A stretch of DNA of 64,000 nt from Octopus sinensis. Its lineage: Eukaryota. Numbering within the stretch: position 1 is the first letter of the stretch; each line of letters begins with the position of its first letter. The notes under the pieces were generated by a model that worked only from the letters and a program-made list of their open reading frames with translations, did not search any database and was not told the origin of the DNA. The stretch covers positions 16,492,001-16,556,000 of the forward strand of contig NC_042998.1 in the NCBI RefSeq assembly GCF_006345805.1, given 5' to 3'. Positions 14,545-27,167 of the stretch are shown here, piece after piece. Position numbers and translations under genes: made by a program.

Positions 14545-14546
<2 letters not shown>
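14266..14546 (+). mobile_element. (TA)n-flanked element with a 32-bp terminal direct repeat (249-nt period)
   Basis: ATCCTTGGCATCATGTTTTTATTTTGATCAAT occurs at 14266-14297 and 14515-14546, with (TA)n on both sides. Confidence 0.65.
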
Positions 14547-14576
<30 letters not shown>

Positions 14577-14608
14577 AGTATGCATATATATTAGGTATGT
14601 ATATATAT

Positions 14609-15171
14609 GGCACAACGAAGTACCGATATTTACTGGAAAATAGCAGCGAACGTAATAATACGACGCTAACGTATAGCTTCACCGCGTAGGTACTAGCAAA
14701 AATGCGTGAGTGCAACAAGCTTGAAAAAAAGTCTTACCTCCAGGGAGAACATCTGAAAGATGAAACACCTAGAAAGGGATAATGTGGGACCGGGACCGGT
14801 TTCAGGTTTTTCAAGATATGCCTGCACACATATACTTGATCTATCTTCATCAGCCAACATATACCACTACAACATTTCAGATGTTGCCATATTAATTCCA
14901 ATACACTCGACTGAAACGCTAAAACGCTGACAGAACGAGAACAATATATGTGTGCAGGCATATCTTGAAAAATCTGAAACCGGTCCCGGTCCCACATTAT
15001 CCCTTTCCAGGTGTTTCATCTTTCAGATGTTCTCCCTGGAGGTAAGACATTTTTTTCAAGTTTGTTGCACTCACGCATTTTTGTTAGTACATACGCGGTG
15101 AAGCTATACATTAGCGTCGTATTATTACGTTCGCTGCTATTTTCCAGTAAATATCGCTACTTCGTTGTGCC
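14609..15171. mobile_element. MITE / foldback element with about 226-bp near-perfect TIRs and possible ATAT target-site duplication
   Basis: 14609-14834 is the reverse complement of 14945-15171 with few mismatches. Termini are GGCACAACGAAG...CTTCGTTGTGCC, with ATAT immediately outside both ends. Confidence 0.9.
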
Positions 15172-15253
15172 ATATATTTACTTCTATGTATAATTTTCCC
15201 TCACGGGCTATTCTTTACTGGAAAGCAATACTCTAGTATTGCATTACTATTTT

Positions 15254-15308
<55 letters not shown>

Positions 15309-15749
15309 GCTATATATATACATATATACATATATATATATAGTGAGAGAGAGAGAGAGGAGAGGAGAGGAGATGGGAGGAGAGCTAGAGTGTTGTACTG
15401 TTGATGATGCAATGGAAGCGTTAGAAATGTTTACGCAATAATCAAACTTATAATCAATCTACGTCATTTGCGTCTCGCGAAGTAAAGATTACATCAAATA
15501 ATCATTCACATTTGTATTGCAACTACTTCATGTAAGATAAATATAATAATGAGGGAATAAAAAAAATGTCATCTATAAGTCCACAGATAACGGCCAGTTA
15601 TTTGCGCTGTAATCTTAGATTTAATACTCGTATGAAAATTACGAAACAATTCGTCAATCTGTCAACGTCACGCTACATATACCTACAAACACACACTCAC
15701 ACACATACACACACACGCACACACCCACGCACGCACACAAACACGCCCA

Positions 15750-15839
<90 letters not shown>

Positions 15840-16550
15840 TTATACGTATATATGCATGCACATGTGTATATAGTGTATGATTGTGTGGGTGTGTAGATTA
15901 TTTGTGAATGTTTTTAATAATTATTGGAAACACGATTCCTGGAGCACATAACGATAAAAATATCTGAATAACGTAAATCGATCGACACCTTTTAACACCT
16001 ATATTACATTTGTGACATCAGTCTGTGTTTGTATATTACGATGTGATACATTCTTGTGAGGTTATTATTTCAATCCCTCATCGTTTGACACAAAAATCTG
16101 GTACTTATCTGCCTTTTCATATTGTTCTACGTAATTTTAGAAAGAAATTACAGCCCCTATTTTGGATGCCATGCTATTCCGTTTACAAAGTTGGATCTGG
16201 AGAGCAGTATCTTTATTTGTCTCACTTCATGGAAATGATTTTATTGAGAATTTTGTAGATTAAACAATGAACATATCGACTTTTAGTGTTTGGTGAGTCA
16301 CAGTTTTCGAAGGTTTTCTAGTTACAGCATCATATACGCTAGCAACATTGTGCATGTATTTCGAATTTTGAAAGCTCCCCTAGTATATTGAACTGGTATC
16401 AATGCCATTATTGTTCATAAGGGATGTCAACAAAGGATTTCACTTCCTTTCTCTCTGTCTCCTCCACTACTTCCAGTGAAAGTATGTGTGTCTATCAACA
16501 TCTCTGCATACTGTAACGTTTAACATCCCAAAAACCACTGTTATCCAAAT

Positions 16551-16933
16551 GTGGAGGCGCAATGGCCCAGTCGTTAGGGCAGCGGACTGGCTGTCGTAGG
16601 ATCGCGGTTTCGATTCCCAGACCGGGCGTTGTGAGTGTTTATTGAGCGAAAACACCTAAAAGCTCCACGAGACTCCGGCAGGGATGGTGGTGATCCCTGC
16701 TGTACTCTTTCACCACAACTTTCTCTCACTCTTACTTCCTGTTTCTGTTGTACCTGTATTTCAAAGGGCCGGCCTTGTCACTCTCTGTGTCACGCAGAAT
16801 ATCCCCGAGAACTACGTTAAGGGTACACGTGTCTGTGGAGTGTTCAGCTACTTACATGTTAATTTCACGAGCAGGCTGTTTCGTTGATCGGATCAACCCG
16901 AACCCTCGTCTTCGTAACCGACGGAGTGCTTCC
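16551..16933 (+). mobile_element. tRNA-derived SINE family B
   Basis: Head GTGGAGGCGCAATGGCCCAGTCG...GGTTTCGATTCCC carries A- and B-boxes; homologous copies at 47192 and 47738. Confidence 0.85.
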
Positions 16934-18604
16934 ATCTGGATGGATATCCAAATATCGTTTTCGTTTCTTTGTTTGCAAGAAATATTAAATAATAACTCTC
17001 TTGCAAACCATATACATGTGTAATCTTTATTTGGAAGCTCACTATACACACTTTTTCTCTGGTTGAAATGGCTTACTTGCATACAAAATAGAATTTTTAA
17101 CAACATTGATAAGTATAGTCTTATGGCATCTGAATACTTCAGTTCTATAGCAACCTGTCACGTACTCCTGTAGAAAATCTGGATTTAACATGTACTCGGT
17201 TTAGTAACTATGCGCTAAACGAATTATTTATTATTGGAATATTCTTTGCAATAATTTTTTAGCGTACGAAAATGATTAATATCGATTTTCCAGAAACATT
17301 TATACGTTTACATTCAAGTTTGCTTTACGAAGTCATGTGTTTAGTCAGATATTTATCACTTCCTTATCTATAGCATTTTGAAACGGCGCATCAGATGAAA
17401 GGTAAATTCATAGTAATTATAAATATATGCTGTGCATGTAGTCTATTAGTTTATCAAACACCTGCACAAAATATATATTTAAGATCTCTGTGTTTCTTAT
17501 TTTCATTATGGTAACTTTTTAACATGTATCAAACTATTGTTTCTTCTCATGTAATTTTATAAAATAATTTGTATTCTGCCATCTTGCAATGAGAACTATT
17601 TATGTGGTGTGCATTTAGTCCACACACCAATATCGACATTATATTTCTTTGATCTGGAGCTTTCGACACGACAAAGATGTTTGACACGGAAAGAAATAGA
17701 CATCAATTATATCATTTTGTACCAATGTGTTTCATCAATGTAGTTTCCAAAGAATTCATCGAAAACTTGTCATGTGATATATTGCACAATTAAGAAAAAT
17801 AATAAAAATACTTTTACCAAGGGAGACAGCTAAACCAGAAATTTGCTTAAATGAAGTTTCTCTTTTTCAATCTACAATCTGTGAAAGAATAATAGTGAGG
17901 TCTTTCACAGTTGTTATCTGAGATTGGCTGACATACATGCCTAAGATTGAGAAAATTGTCGCGTAAAACCAAATTAGAATTTGAAAAATATAATGTGTCA
18001 GATATTCGTAATTAGAAACGCGAAAGAGCGTCTATCTGTAACATTTCAATTACCCGTTGAAAGACTGTGATGCTCAAATATACTTCTAATACTTTACAAA
18101 TAACAATAAATGCATTATATGTAGATGAAGTAGACACAGCTAAATCACCAAATGACTTACCTCTTCATAGGAAAGCATACATTCATTTAAAATTCATTAC
18201 TAAAACACCGACTAGTTAAGAAAATGGAAGGAATATGCGATGGTGTGTGTGATATATTGTAGATTTCTGTCAAGTTATATTGGCCAACGTTAATTACTCT
18301 CTCAGCTGTAGACAAGATATTTCAACTTGTTTGCAACTAATATTTGCCAAACAAAGGAAATTAAAATTACGGTAACACAGATATTTAATTACCTTTTATT
18401 TTCACCCACATAAACCTAAATCAAAATGCTTTTGCTAATATGTGAAATATCTGACACCTTCGATTTTGCTACTCTTAATTTACTGGAATGTGTTCAATAT
18501 TTACGATAAAATAACCGCTGAGATACAATGTTTAAAATGAAAATAATGTTAACATACAAGAAGCTAGAGGAGAAATTGGAATTTCTTTTGTTTTTATTTA
18601 TTTT

Positions 18605-18808
18605 ATTTGTTTCAGTCATTTGACTGCGGCCATGCTCGAGCACCGCCTTTAGTCGAGCAAATCGACCCAAGGACTTATTCTTTGTAAGCCTAGTACTTAT
18701 TCTATCGGTCTCTCTTACCAAACTCCTAAGTGACAGGGACGTAAACACACGAGCATCTGTTGTCACGCGATGTTGTGGGAACAAATATATACACATACAC
18801 ACAAACAT

Positions 18809-18874
<66 letters not shown>

Positions 18875-18975
18875 GACGGACTTCTTTCTGTGTAGACGAA
18901 ACTTGCCCAAGGTGCCACGCAGTGGGACTGAACACGGAACCATTTGACAGGTAAGCAAGCTACTTACCACATATG
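18605..18975 (-). mobile_element. SINE family A copy with internal microsatellite
   Basis: Homologous to 13452-13856 (GTTTCAGTCATTTGACTGCGGCCATGC...ACTTGCCCAAG). Confidence 0.85.
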
Positions 18976-19245
18976 CCGACTATCCATTTAGGATAATTCT
19001 CTTAAATTGCAAATACAGTGAAAATAAAACATATTGCAGATGACAAGGAATGGTTTAATCATATGTGTGTGCGTATGTTTCGTGAACATTTGTGTATGTG
19101 TGGTAGTGTTTTTGTGTGTGTTTCTATATGCATGTGTGTGTTAGAGCTTTTAATCTTTCTTTAATTTACAGTGCGCATCCAGTCATAGCAGATGACGGGA
19201 ATATAATATAAATACCCTGTCTCGCTTATCATTTGAGAGCGTTTG

Positions 19246-19291
19246 TGGTGCTGAGGAAGATATAAAAACTCTGAAATACATGCATTCACCA
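19246..19291 (+). ncRNA. Minimal type I hammerhead motif (predicted AUU cleavage 3' of 19286)
   Basis: UGGUG-CUGAGGA-AGA UAUAAAAAC UCU-GAAA-UAC AU GCA-UU-CACCA. Stem I is 5 perfect bp, the core is canonical, stem II is 3 bp, and stem III is near-palindromic with one mismatch. Confidence 0.6.
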
Positions 19292-19459
19292 GTCTGGATA
19301 CGGAGCACTGCAAACTGACTTGCGGTAGGAATTTTCTCTATGAAGAACTACAGTGAATGTCTTACTTATGTCTTTAAATACGCCTCAATCATGTATGTAC
19401 TGATGACAGGTCTGTATATGTAACATGTATGTATATATGTGTGCGCGCGCGCGTGTGTG

Positions 19460-19494
<35 letters not shown>

Positions 19495-19769
19495 GTATGT
19501 GTGTGTGTGTGTGTTTGTATGTGCATTAAGGCTGCAATTCGTTTCATGGTTTCATGATAAGAAAAGTAGCCTAACAGTTTTTCAGGCCGACCACTTGGGT
19601 GATGTTTTCAATATTGATAGAATTACACATATACTCATAATTTGAGTTACATTTGCAACAGTATACATGTGCCTATATGTATATACACTCTTTTAATCTC
19701 TTACTAGTTTCAACTTGAGGCTGGGGCTATGTTGGAGCCCCACCTTTGAGCGTTTTGGGGTCTCTTGTC

Positions 19770-20480
19770 GGTACTGACTTTGGTGAAGTAGCGGTCTCTT
19801 TCCGCGATGTGGCATCATCTTTGGATTTTAGATAGACATTTTCCGCGTGCCTTTTGAATATTTCCACATCTACACATTGCATATTTCTTAAGTTCCTTGC
19901 TAGGATACTAAACAGTTTTGCTCCTCTGAAATCCAAGCTGTTGCAACACAGGTCCCCATCTGAGATGATGAAGAAGACGGTATATATGGTATTATGAAGA
20001 ACCGTCCAGTTAAAGTTGGTATAGCTTTTAATTCCAAAGATGTGAGCTAGACATTCCAGGATCTTCCATATATATATATATCGCTGTAAACCTTTCTCGC
20101 CTTGTCTCCAGGAATTACAGCTCCAGTTTTTGTAGCATTTTTCTGTAGCTCACCTGCCTCATCGATTCAATCGTCTGTTTGTATTGATGCTGGCTTACTT
20201 CAAGTCCTGCCCCCAAGCTGACTCCCTGCAGCGACTAGAATCGCGAGCATTTATCAGGACGACTGAGGATAGGTGTCCTCCATAGGAATAGCAATGTATC
20301 CTTATTTCTGGATCTGAATCACCTTGGCTATATGAGTATGTTGCATCATTGCCCTTGTGGATTCACGGGTCACACACCGACTGTAACACTGGGATTGTTC
20401 TTACACTTGTCCTGTGGATTCTGATTGATCTCCCTTTGTGGGCCGATTGCAGAGAGCTTGGAACATAACAGTATTGAACT
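19770..20480 (-). mobile_element. CR1-like LINE 3' fragment (same family as 12900-13295), degenerate
   Basis: Minus strand gives ...IYIWKILE...LDFRGAKLFSILARNLRNMQCVDVEIFK..., homologous to the 12900 copy. Confidence 0.75.
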
Positions 20481-21261
20481 GCATGTTATGATCTTCAGCC
20501 CATTTCTATATATACGTATATATTGCATGTAGGTATATTCATGTGACACCTGAAATGCATGTATAATAATGGATTTGGCTGTGAATTATATATATTTCCC
20601 TCACTTGCAGGTTATTAAAATCCATATGTATCATACACTTGTGACCGCTTACGTTGAGGAATGTATTTAATACAAACTACTCCGCATCTATACAAAAATG
20701 CGTTGTCAAACATCGATTTTCAATAATACATGGACATGTGTATGCCTTATGATGTTTACTTTGGTTGACAAAATACAATTATGAAATCTATTTGCCAAAT
20801 CGTATTTGAAAATTACTTCTAGATACTAACGTTTTCCTATATCAATAATTTTATAAAAACACAGAGAATCGATAAAATATGTTTGCGTGTCATTGATAAT
20901 ATCTGCATATGTGTATGTGTGTGTGCGCGCGTGTGTGTGTGCGTGTCTGTGTGCATATGCGTGGGCTTGTGTGGTGTGTGTGTATCATTATTTTACATAG
21001 TTCAATCATCATAGTGAGGACGTGCTGGGGCACTGACTCGAAGAATTTTATTTGAACGAATTGACCCCGTACTTGTGTGTGTGTGTGTGTGTGTTTGTGT
21101 GTGTGTTTGTTTTTTACGTGATATTTATACTATCTACGAATTTTGCCGAACTGTTAATATGTGGAGACGTAAACGCACCATCAACGACTGTCAAGTGGTG
21201 GTGGTGGTGGTAGTGACGGATATGGTGGTGGTGTGGTGGCTGTGGTGGTGGTGGTTCTTAT

Positions 21262-21425
21262 TTCTTTATTGCCCACAAAGGGCTAAACATAGAGGAGATA
21301 AACAAGGACAGAAAAAGGGATTAAGTCGATTACATCGACTCTACTGCGTAACTGGTACTTAATATATCGACCCTGAAAAGATGAAAGGCAAAGTCGATCT
21401 CGGCGGAATTTGACTTCAGAACGTA
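21262..21425 (-). mobile_element. tRNA-derived SINE family C (3' part)
   Basis: Shares GTCGATTACATCGAC...GGCAAAGTCGA..TCGGCGGAATTTGA with the copies at 33006 and 42345. Confidence 0.8.
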
Positions 21426-21719
21426 ACGATTGTCTCATAGGGACCAGACCTGATTGATGACCATATTAGAGGAGCACCGGGAGATTGTACGTGTGAAAAC
21501 AAACCCCCAACAAAGCCGAACAGGAATTTCGATACAGTTCCAAATTTTGGGCGCTCTGGAAAGAGTTCATAGCATCCTAGATGTTTTCTGTTTCGAAGGT
21601 GGTCGTGGTATGGAAAACTAAATGTTATATCTGAGGCAAGATTGATTACCTGAAATCTATAATGTAGCTATGTTTACTAAACATTTTTCCAGTCTTCCTC
21701 AAACTGTAACCATCAACAG

Positions 21720-22199
21720 TTACATCCTGGCTTTCTCCGACCAACGGAAACGTATACCCATGAACATGACAGATTTTGTATAAGAGATGCTTACATCTCT
21801 TCTGACACATGGGAAGGCATCGCTATTGATCGTAGTAGGTGGAGAGGGATTGTGTACGAGAGGACACCCACTTTTGAGAAATCTCGAGTTGCACATGAGA
21901 AAATAAGGAGGGATGTCAGGAAAGGCATCGCTGTTACACTTCCAGATGGGAAGGGTCTTTCTATGAGGCTGACATGCAGTGTCTGTGCAAGATCCTGCCT
22001 CAGTAAAGTTGGACTCAAGAGTCATCTTTTTAGTCATAAAGCGAGGCAGATGAATGACAGCCTGGCCACTGGTGGTGGTGTAATACACCATACTAATCAT
22101 ATCTGCCGGGCATGTGGAAGAGAGTGTAATTCGGCAGGAGGACTTAAACGACATGCACAGATACATGAAGCCCAGTTACAACTACAGCCGTACGAATAA
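21720..22199 (+). mobile_element. RTE (BovB-like) LINE ORF2 C-terminus with two C2H2-type fingers
   Basis: QRKR...DTWEGIAIDRSRWRGIVYERTPTFEKSR matches the RTE tail (DTWExxAxDRxxWR). It is followed by CSVCARSCLSKVGLKSHLFSH and CRACGRECNSAGGLKRHAQIH. Confidence 0.7.
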
Positions 22200-23337
22200 A
22201 TAAGGAGATGAATATAACTGACTAATTATCTACAATAACCATCTTGAACTAGTGCTTCATACTCGGTATATATAGTCCCCAAAATGACAATTTATCGCTG
22301 TAAGAAATAGAGACATCAGCGACATGCAAATATATAGAAATAGATATCAAAGGAATGTGAACACCTAAAACAAACCCAATAATTATAGGGTTTTATGTAT
22401 GTTTAAAAACACGCAGACAAATGCACAGTCATAACCCACAAGGAATAAATATTTATAACATTCAAGAAATAGCAGGTTTATGCACTGTGCAACATCATAT
22501 ATAGAACACTTTCAATGCAGCAAAAACAGATGCATATTACATGCAGAGGCAGACACGTCTGTGCACATTATTACTGTGAGAGCACGCAATAATAGTAATA
22601 CAGCTAAAATAAGATTGATAGTTTCTAACTTTATCCGATGTATGAAATTCTGTTGAGAACGATTGGCGTTAGAACTTCAATATTTTGTTTCATTGAGCTC
22701 ATAATGAAGGACAGCGAAGGCAACTTTCACGGGATTTAAATTAAGAGCGTAAATTCAGGAAATAAATCACAGTAAAATTATTTCCCGATGCTCACTCCCA
22801 TTAAATTCAATAAATAGCAGCAGTATTCATAATAATAATAATGATAAAAAATATAATAATATTTTTCTCTTTCTATCAGTAATGCAATGGTAGAACTACA
22901 AAAGGCTTGTACATGTATCTAGGAATATGATAAATATGAAATGGAAAATAATAAACAGACACAATATCGAAATTAGTGATGTTGTTTTTTGGATATTAGC
23001 ATGGAACTAAATAGCAATTTGTATTTAGTGTGGACGAAAAATCTAACTATTAAAAGTGAAACAAATATGAACAAGTGTATGTGTGTATGTATCTATAATG
23101 TCTATCTATTTATGCACACACACACACACTCACAGATAGCCACATATATAAATATTCCATTAACAACGTTTCGAATGAAAATATGAAAATGAAGTTACGC
23201 ACAAGAGGTTAAAGTAACTTACCCTCTCTGTCTGTGTGTGTCTCTGTGTGTAGTAGGGTATGTGTACAAATAATATACACTAAATATATATACGTAAACA
23301 CATGCATACACACACACACACATATATATATATGTAA

Positions 23338-23374
<37 letters not shown>

Positions 23375-23571
23375 GTGTGCATACTATATATGCACGTATC
23401 TGTCTGTATGGGAATACATACTCTCGTTTTTTAATAATTTAGAAATACATATGCATGCACACACTCACAAACACACACGAAAATAGACTCTGAAGTACAC
23501 ACACACGCATACACATAACTACATATATGCAAACATACATACATATATATATCTGTCTATCTATCTATCTA

Positions 23572-23611
<40 letters not shown>

Positions 23612-23631
23612 TATATCTATCTGTCTAACTA

Positions 23632-23685
<54 letters not shown>

Positions 23686-23894
23686 CCTATTAAATCTAGT
23701 ATTCTGAAAAATATAATGGAAAATAAATTAAATGAGGGAACTGCATTGGACTATACAGAGAGGAAAGTAAGTTTGAAAAGACTTCAATATATTGAAAATG
23801 CTATTGACTATTAGTTAATTAATTTTGATACAAATATTATTTTCGAGAGTTACTCAGACGTACACAGTCGTAGACAAGCAAATATACACATATG

Positions 23895-24030
23895 GTTTCA
23901 TATAATATAATATGATATAATATAATATAATATAATATAATATAACACAATACAATACAATATAATGTAATACTATAAAATATAATACGATACAACATTA
24001 TAAGCCAAAAGAAAATAAGGTAGTATAATA
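23895..24030. repeat. Degenerate (ATATA/ATACA)n pentanucleotide array
   Basis: Read directly from the sequence. Confidence 0.85.
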
Positions 24031-24544
24031 TAATTTGCTTCATACATACATATATATAATGAGGTATACAAATGCGCATTCCACGCGTTCAGAAGTACTT
24101 AGGTATTCATTCACACACACACAAACAAAACACACAAGCAACATATAATTTATTTTTGTATCCTACTATACAAATGCGTTGTATTTTTCTTCTAATGTTA
24201 TTTAAGTATGGATGGCAACATACTAACGACATTTCACTGCATTCCAAAATACTAAAAAAATAAGTATATATGGATCAGAAACAAAAACATAGTATATTTT
24301 ACAAACATACGAACACATCTGTATATCTCATTTAAATAACATCCGACGGAGATATATATTTTGTATATGAAATTGTGATTAAGGACACGAATATTTACAA
24401 ATGGCCGTGCGGACACACTCGTGCATGTGTATGTAAAATCCCATATACTTATACATTTATTATTTTTGTATATACATAATATATATATATATATATATAT
24501 ACATATTTGTTCCTATCCATACTTAAATTCGTTTATTCTATCAT

Positions 24545-24802
24545 TCTTTGATTTGTTTCAGTCATTTGTCAGCAGTCATGGTGAAACACCGCCTTTAGCC
24601 GAAGAAATCGATCCCAGGACTTATTCTTTGTAAGCCTAGTAATTGTTCCATCGGTTTTTTTGCCGAATCGCTAAGTTACGGTGACATAAACACAACAACA
24701 TCCGTTGTCAAGCGGTGGTTGTGGTGGAGAAATACAGACACAGAAACAAATACATTCATATATGTATGTATGCATATGTACATCATACATATACATATAC
24801 AA

Positions 24803-24852
<50 letters not shown>

Positions 24853-24885
24853 GCACACACACACAAACACACACACGCGCGCGCG

Positions 24886-24937
<52 letters not shown>

Positions 24938-25090
24938 TATAAATATATGATGAGCTTCTTTCAGTTTCCGTCTACTAAATCCAATCAGGAGGTTTTGGGC
25001 AGCCAAAGGCTATATTACAAGACATCGGCCCAAGGTGCCATGCAGTAGGAGTGAACCCGGAACCACATGTTTGGCAAGGAAGCTCATTGC
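24545..25090 (-). mobile_element. SINE family A copy with expanded internal microsatellite
   Basis: Homologous to 13452-13856. Confidence 0.8.
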
Positions 25091-25237
25091 CACACGGCCA
25101 CGCCTGCGCCTATATACATAGAAATTAAATACGTTGCATATATAGAATATATATACATAATACTTATGCATATTATGTGTGAAAATATATGTATATATAT
25201 ATATATATATACATAAGTGTATGAGTATGTGTACGTG

Positions 25238-25294
<57 letters not shown>

Positions 25295-26353
25295 ATGTAT
25301 GTGTGTGTGTGCGTGTGTAAGTTAGTGTCTGTGCTTGAGCGTGCGTGCGTCTGTCTTTGTCTACCCGTGTGTGTGTTTTATATTTGGACAAGTTCCTATG
25401 GCACTTGATTTTTGAGTGTGATACGCAATACGCTAGATTTAGATCTGGTACCTAATTGCATTCACTATAACCACACATACACAGTTGCACATACATACAG
25501 GCCTATCTCTTTGTATGACTGTGTGGGTGTGCTGTGGTCATATGTTTTTTTGAGTCTTTTTTTCCCTTGCTATGAAATTCTAGTGAATGTGACCGAAAAT
25601 CACTGCTAATTGACGCTATTCATCAACGATGAATGTGATAAATATGATTTGGTGAATAAATGAATATGCCGTGGGTGTATTTCGAAAATGGTGGATAACC
25701 CCTAATAAAAAGCGATCTTATCAAAGGAGCTTTTTAAATCTGTCTCTAGCTTACGAAAGATATATGCTGCGTCCTTCATCATGAATCGCTCAAATTCAAA
25801 TATTATATTTATGCCAAAGTTTATGCGTATACACTCCCATCAATGAGCTATCCAGCACAGAAATCTATCATGTTCACTCAATATTCCACAACATCAAAAT
25901 TTCATATTTTGTAATGTTATAATGGTGAGATTAAGTGTAATTAAGCAATATAATTACAGGTCATATTTCTACAGATGTGACTTACGTTTTGTGATATTAT
26001 AAATGAATGAAGTGGTGCAGAACTATTTCAGTGCTTTATATTATCGATATCGTCAAACTCAAATGTCACCTCAACCGATTTGAACTCAGAATGTATATTT
26101 TCGGAAGACTGCCAATTGTATACTTAAAAATTGAAGATTGATGATGTCGCTCCATCAATGTGGAACGGTGGTTTAAATTATGAATTGGAATTTCGATAAA
26201 TTTGAATTTCCATATATCGCTTTTCATTTAGAACTCAACAGATTCACACACAAACACAAATCAATGAACAAGCAAATGCATATTTTCACCACACAAATAT
26301 ATACATATATATATGTATATATTTGTGTGTGTATATGTATGTATATATTTGTG

Positions 26354-26410
<57 letters not shown>

Positions 26411-26414
<4 letters not shown>

Positions 26415-26791
26415 TGACGTATATTTGTCATTTGAATATGGTAACCCCTAAGGGTGGATGCAACTGTAGTTTGTAGCCCCAGGAAGACACCTCCTCCAGC
26501 TGACTATAGACACACTTTCTGTGCCCTATCAGTATTTGTGAATGGAAGTCATCCTCCCCGTCTTCAACTTATGATACGCACGTATCATATGTTGTGTATC
26601 ATAAGTTTTGTATCATAACGTGTGTATCATAAGTTGAAGACGGAGAGGATGACTTCCCTTCACAAATATTGATAGTGCAGAGAAAGTGTGTCTATAGCCA
26701 GCTGGAGGAGGTGTCTTCCTGCGGCTACGAACTACAGTAGCATCCACCCTTAGGGGTTAGCCATATTCAAATGGCAAATATACGTCACGAT
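26411..26791. mobile_element. Palindromic MITE-like element (about 172-bp arms)
   Basis: 26411-26582 is the reverse complement of 26619-26791; the centre carries repeated GTATCATA motifs and the left flank is (TA)n. Confidence 0.9.
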
Positions 26792-26831
26792 GTGTTGCCG
26801 CTACTGTTTATAACTCGCTCTGAGATTTATC

Positions 26832-26891
<60 letters not shown>

Positions 26892-26894
<3 letters not shown>

Positions 26895-27089
26895 CGGAGA
26901 TGTACTCGCATAGCAAGTAATTTGATCTGAGATCGTGTGCTGAAGCGAAAACAATTGCAGCGTGGAAGGTGTTTATAAGCCATTTAAGAAACACACAAAA
27001 GCCGTTCGATTCACTCCAACATTTAAGTTTAATTTGTCAAAATATTTTCGTCGCTAAAATCCGCGACCTGTTCACTGACAAAGTCCGTG

Positions 27090-27090
<1 letters not shown>
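26892..27090 (-). mobile_element. (TA)n-embedded ~200-bp element carrying a hammerhead-like motif
   Basis: Sharp boundaries against long (TA)n arrays on both sides; contains the 27033-27082 motif. Confidence 0.7.
27033..27082 (-). ncRNA. Hammerhead-like motif with G3-C8 swapped core
   Basis: UUUGUCA-GUGAACA-G-GUCGC GGAUUUUA GCGAC-GAAA-AUAU-UU-UGACAAA. Stem I is 7 perfect bp, stem II is 5 perfect bp, and stem III is the palindrome AAUAUU. Confidence 0.6.

Positions 27091-27167
<77 letters not shown>

Noticed and set aside
16551-16620. tRNA-like sequence with A and B boxes
   Set aside because: No complete cloverleaf; it runs into a repeated body, so it is a SINE head rather than a tRNA gene.
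19690-19770. SINE A-like tail next to the CR1-like 3' end, suggesting a SINE-LINE partnership
   Set aside because: The homologous LINE copy at 12900-13295 lacks this tail and similar tail fragments occur alone (about 21010), so the adjacency may be coincidental.
21852-22199. Host C2H2 zinc-finger gene
   Set aside because: No TGEKP-type linkers, and the upstream frame carries RTE ORF2 motifs; assigned to a retroelement.
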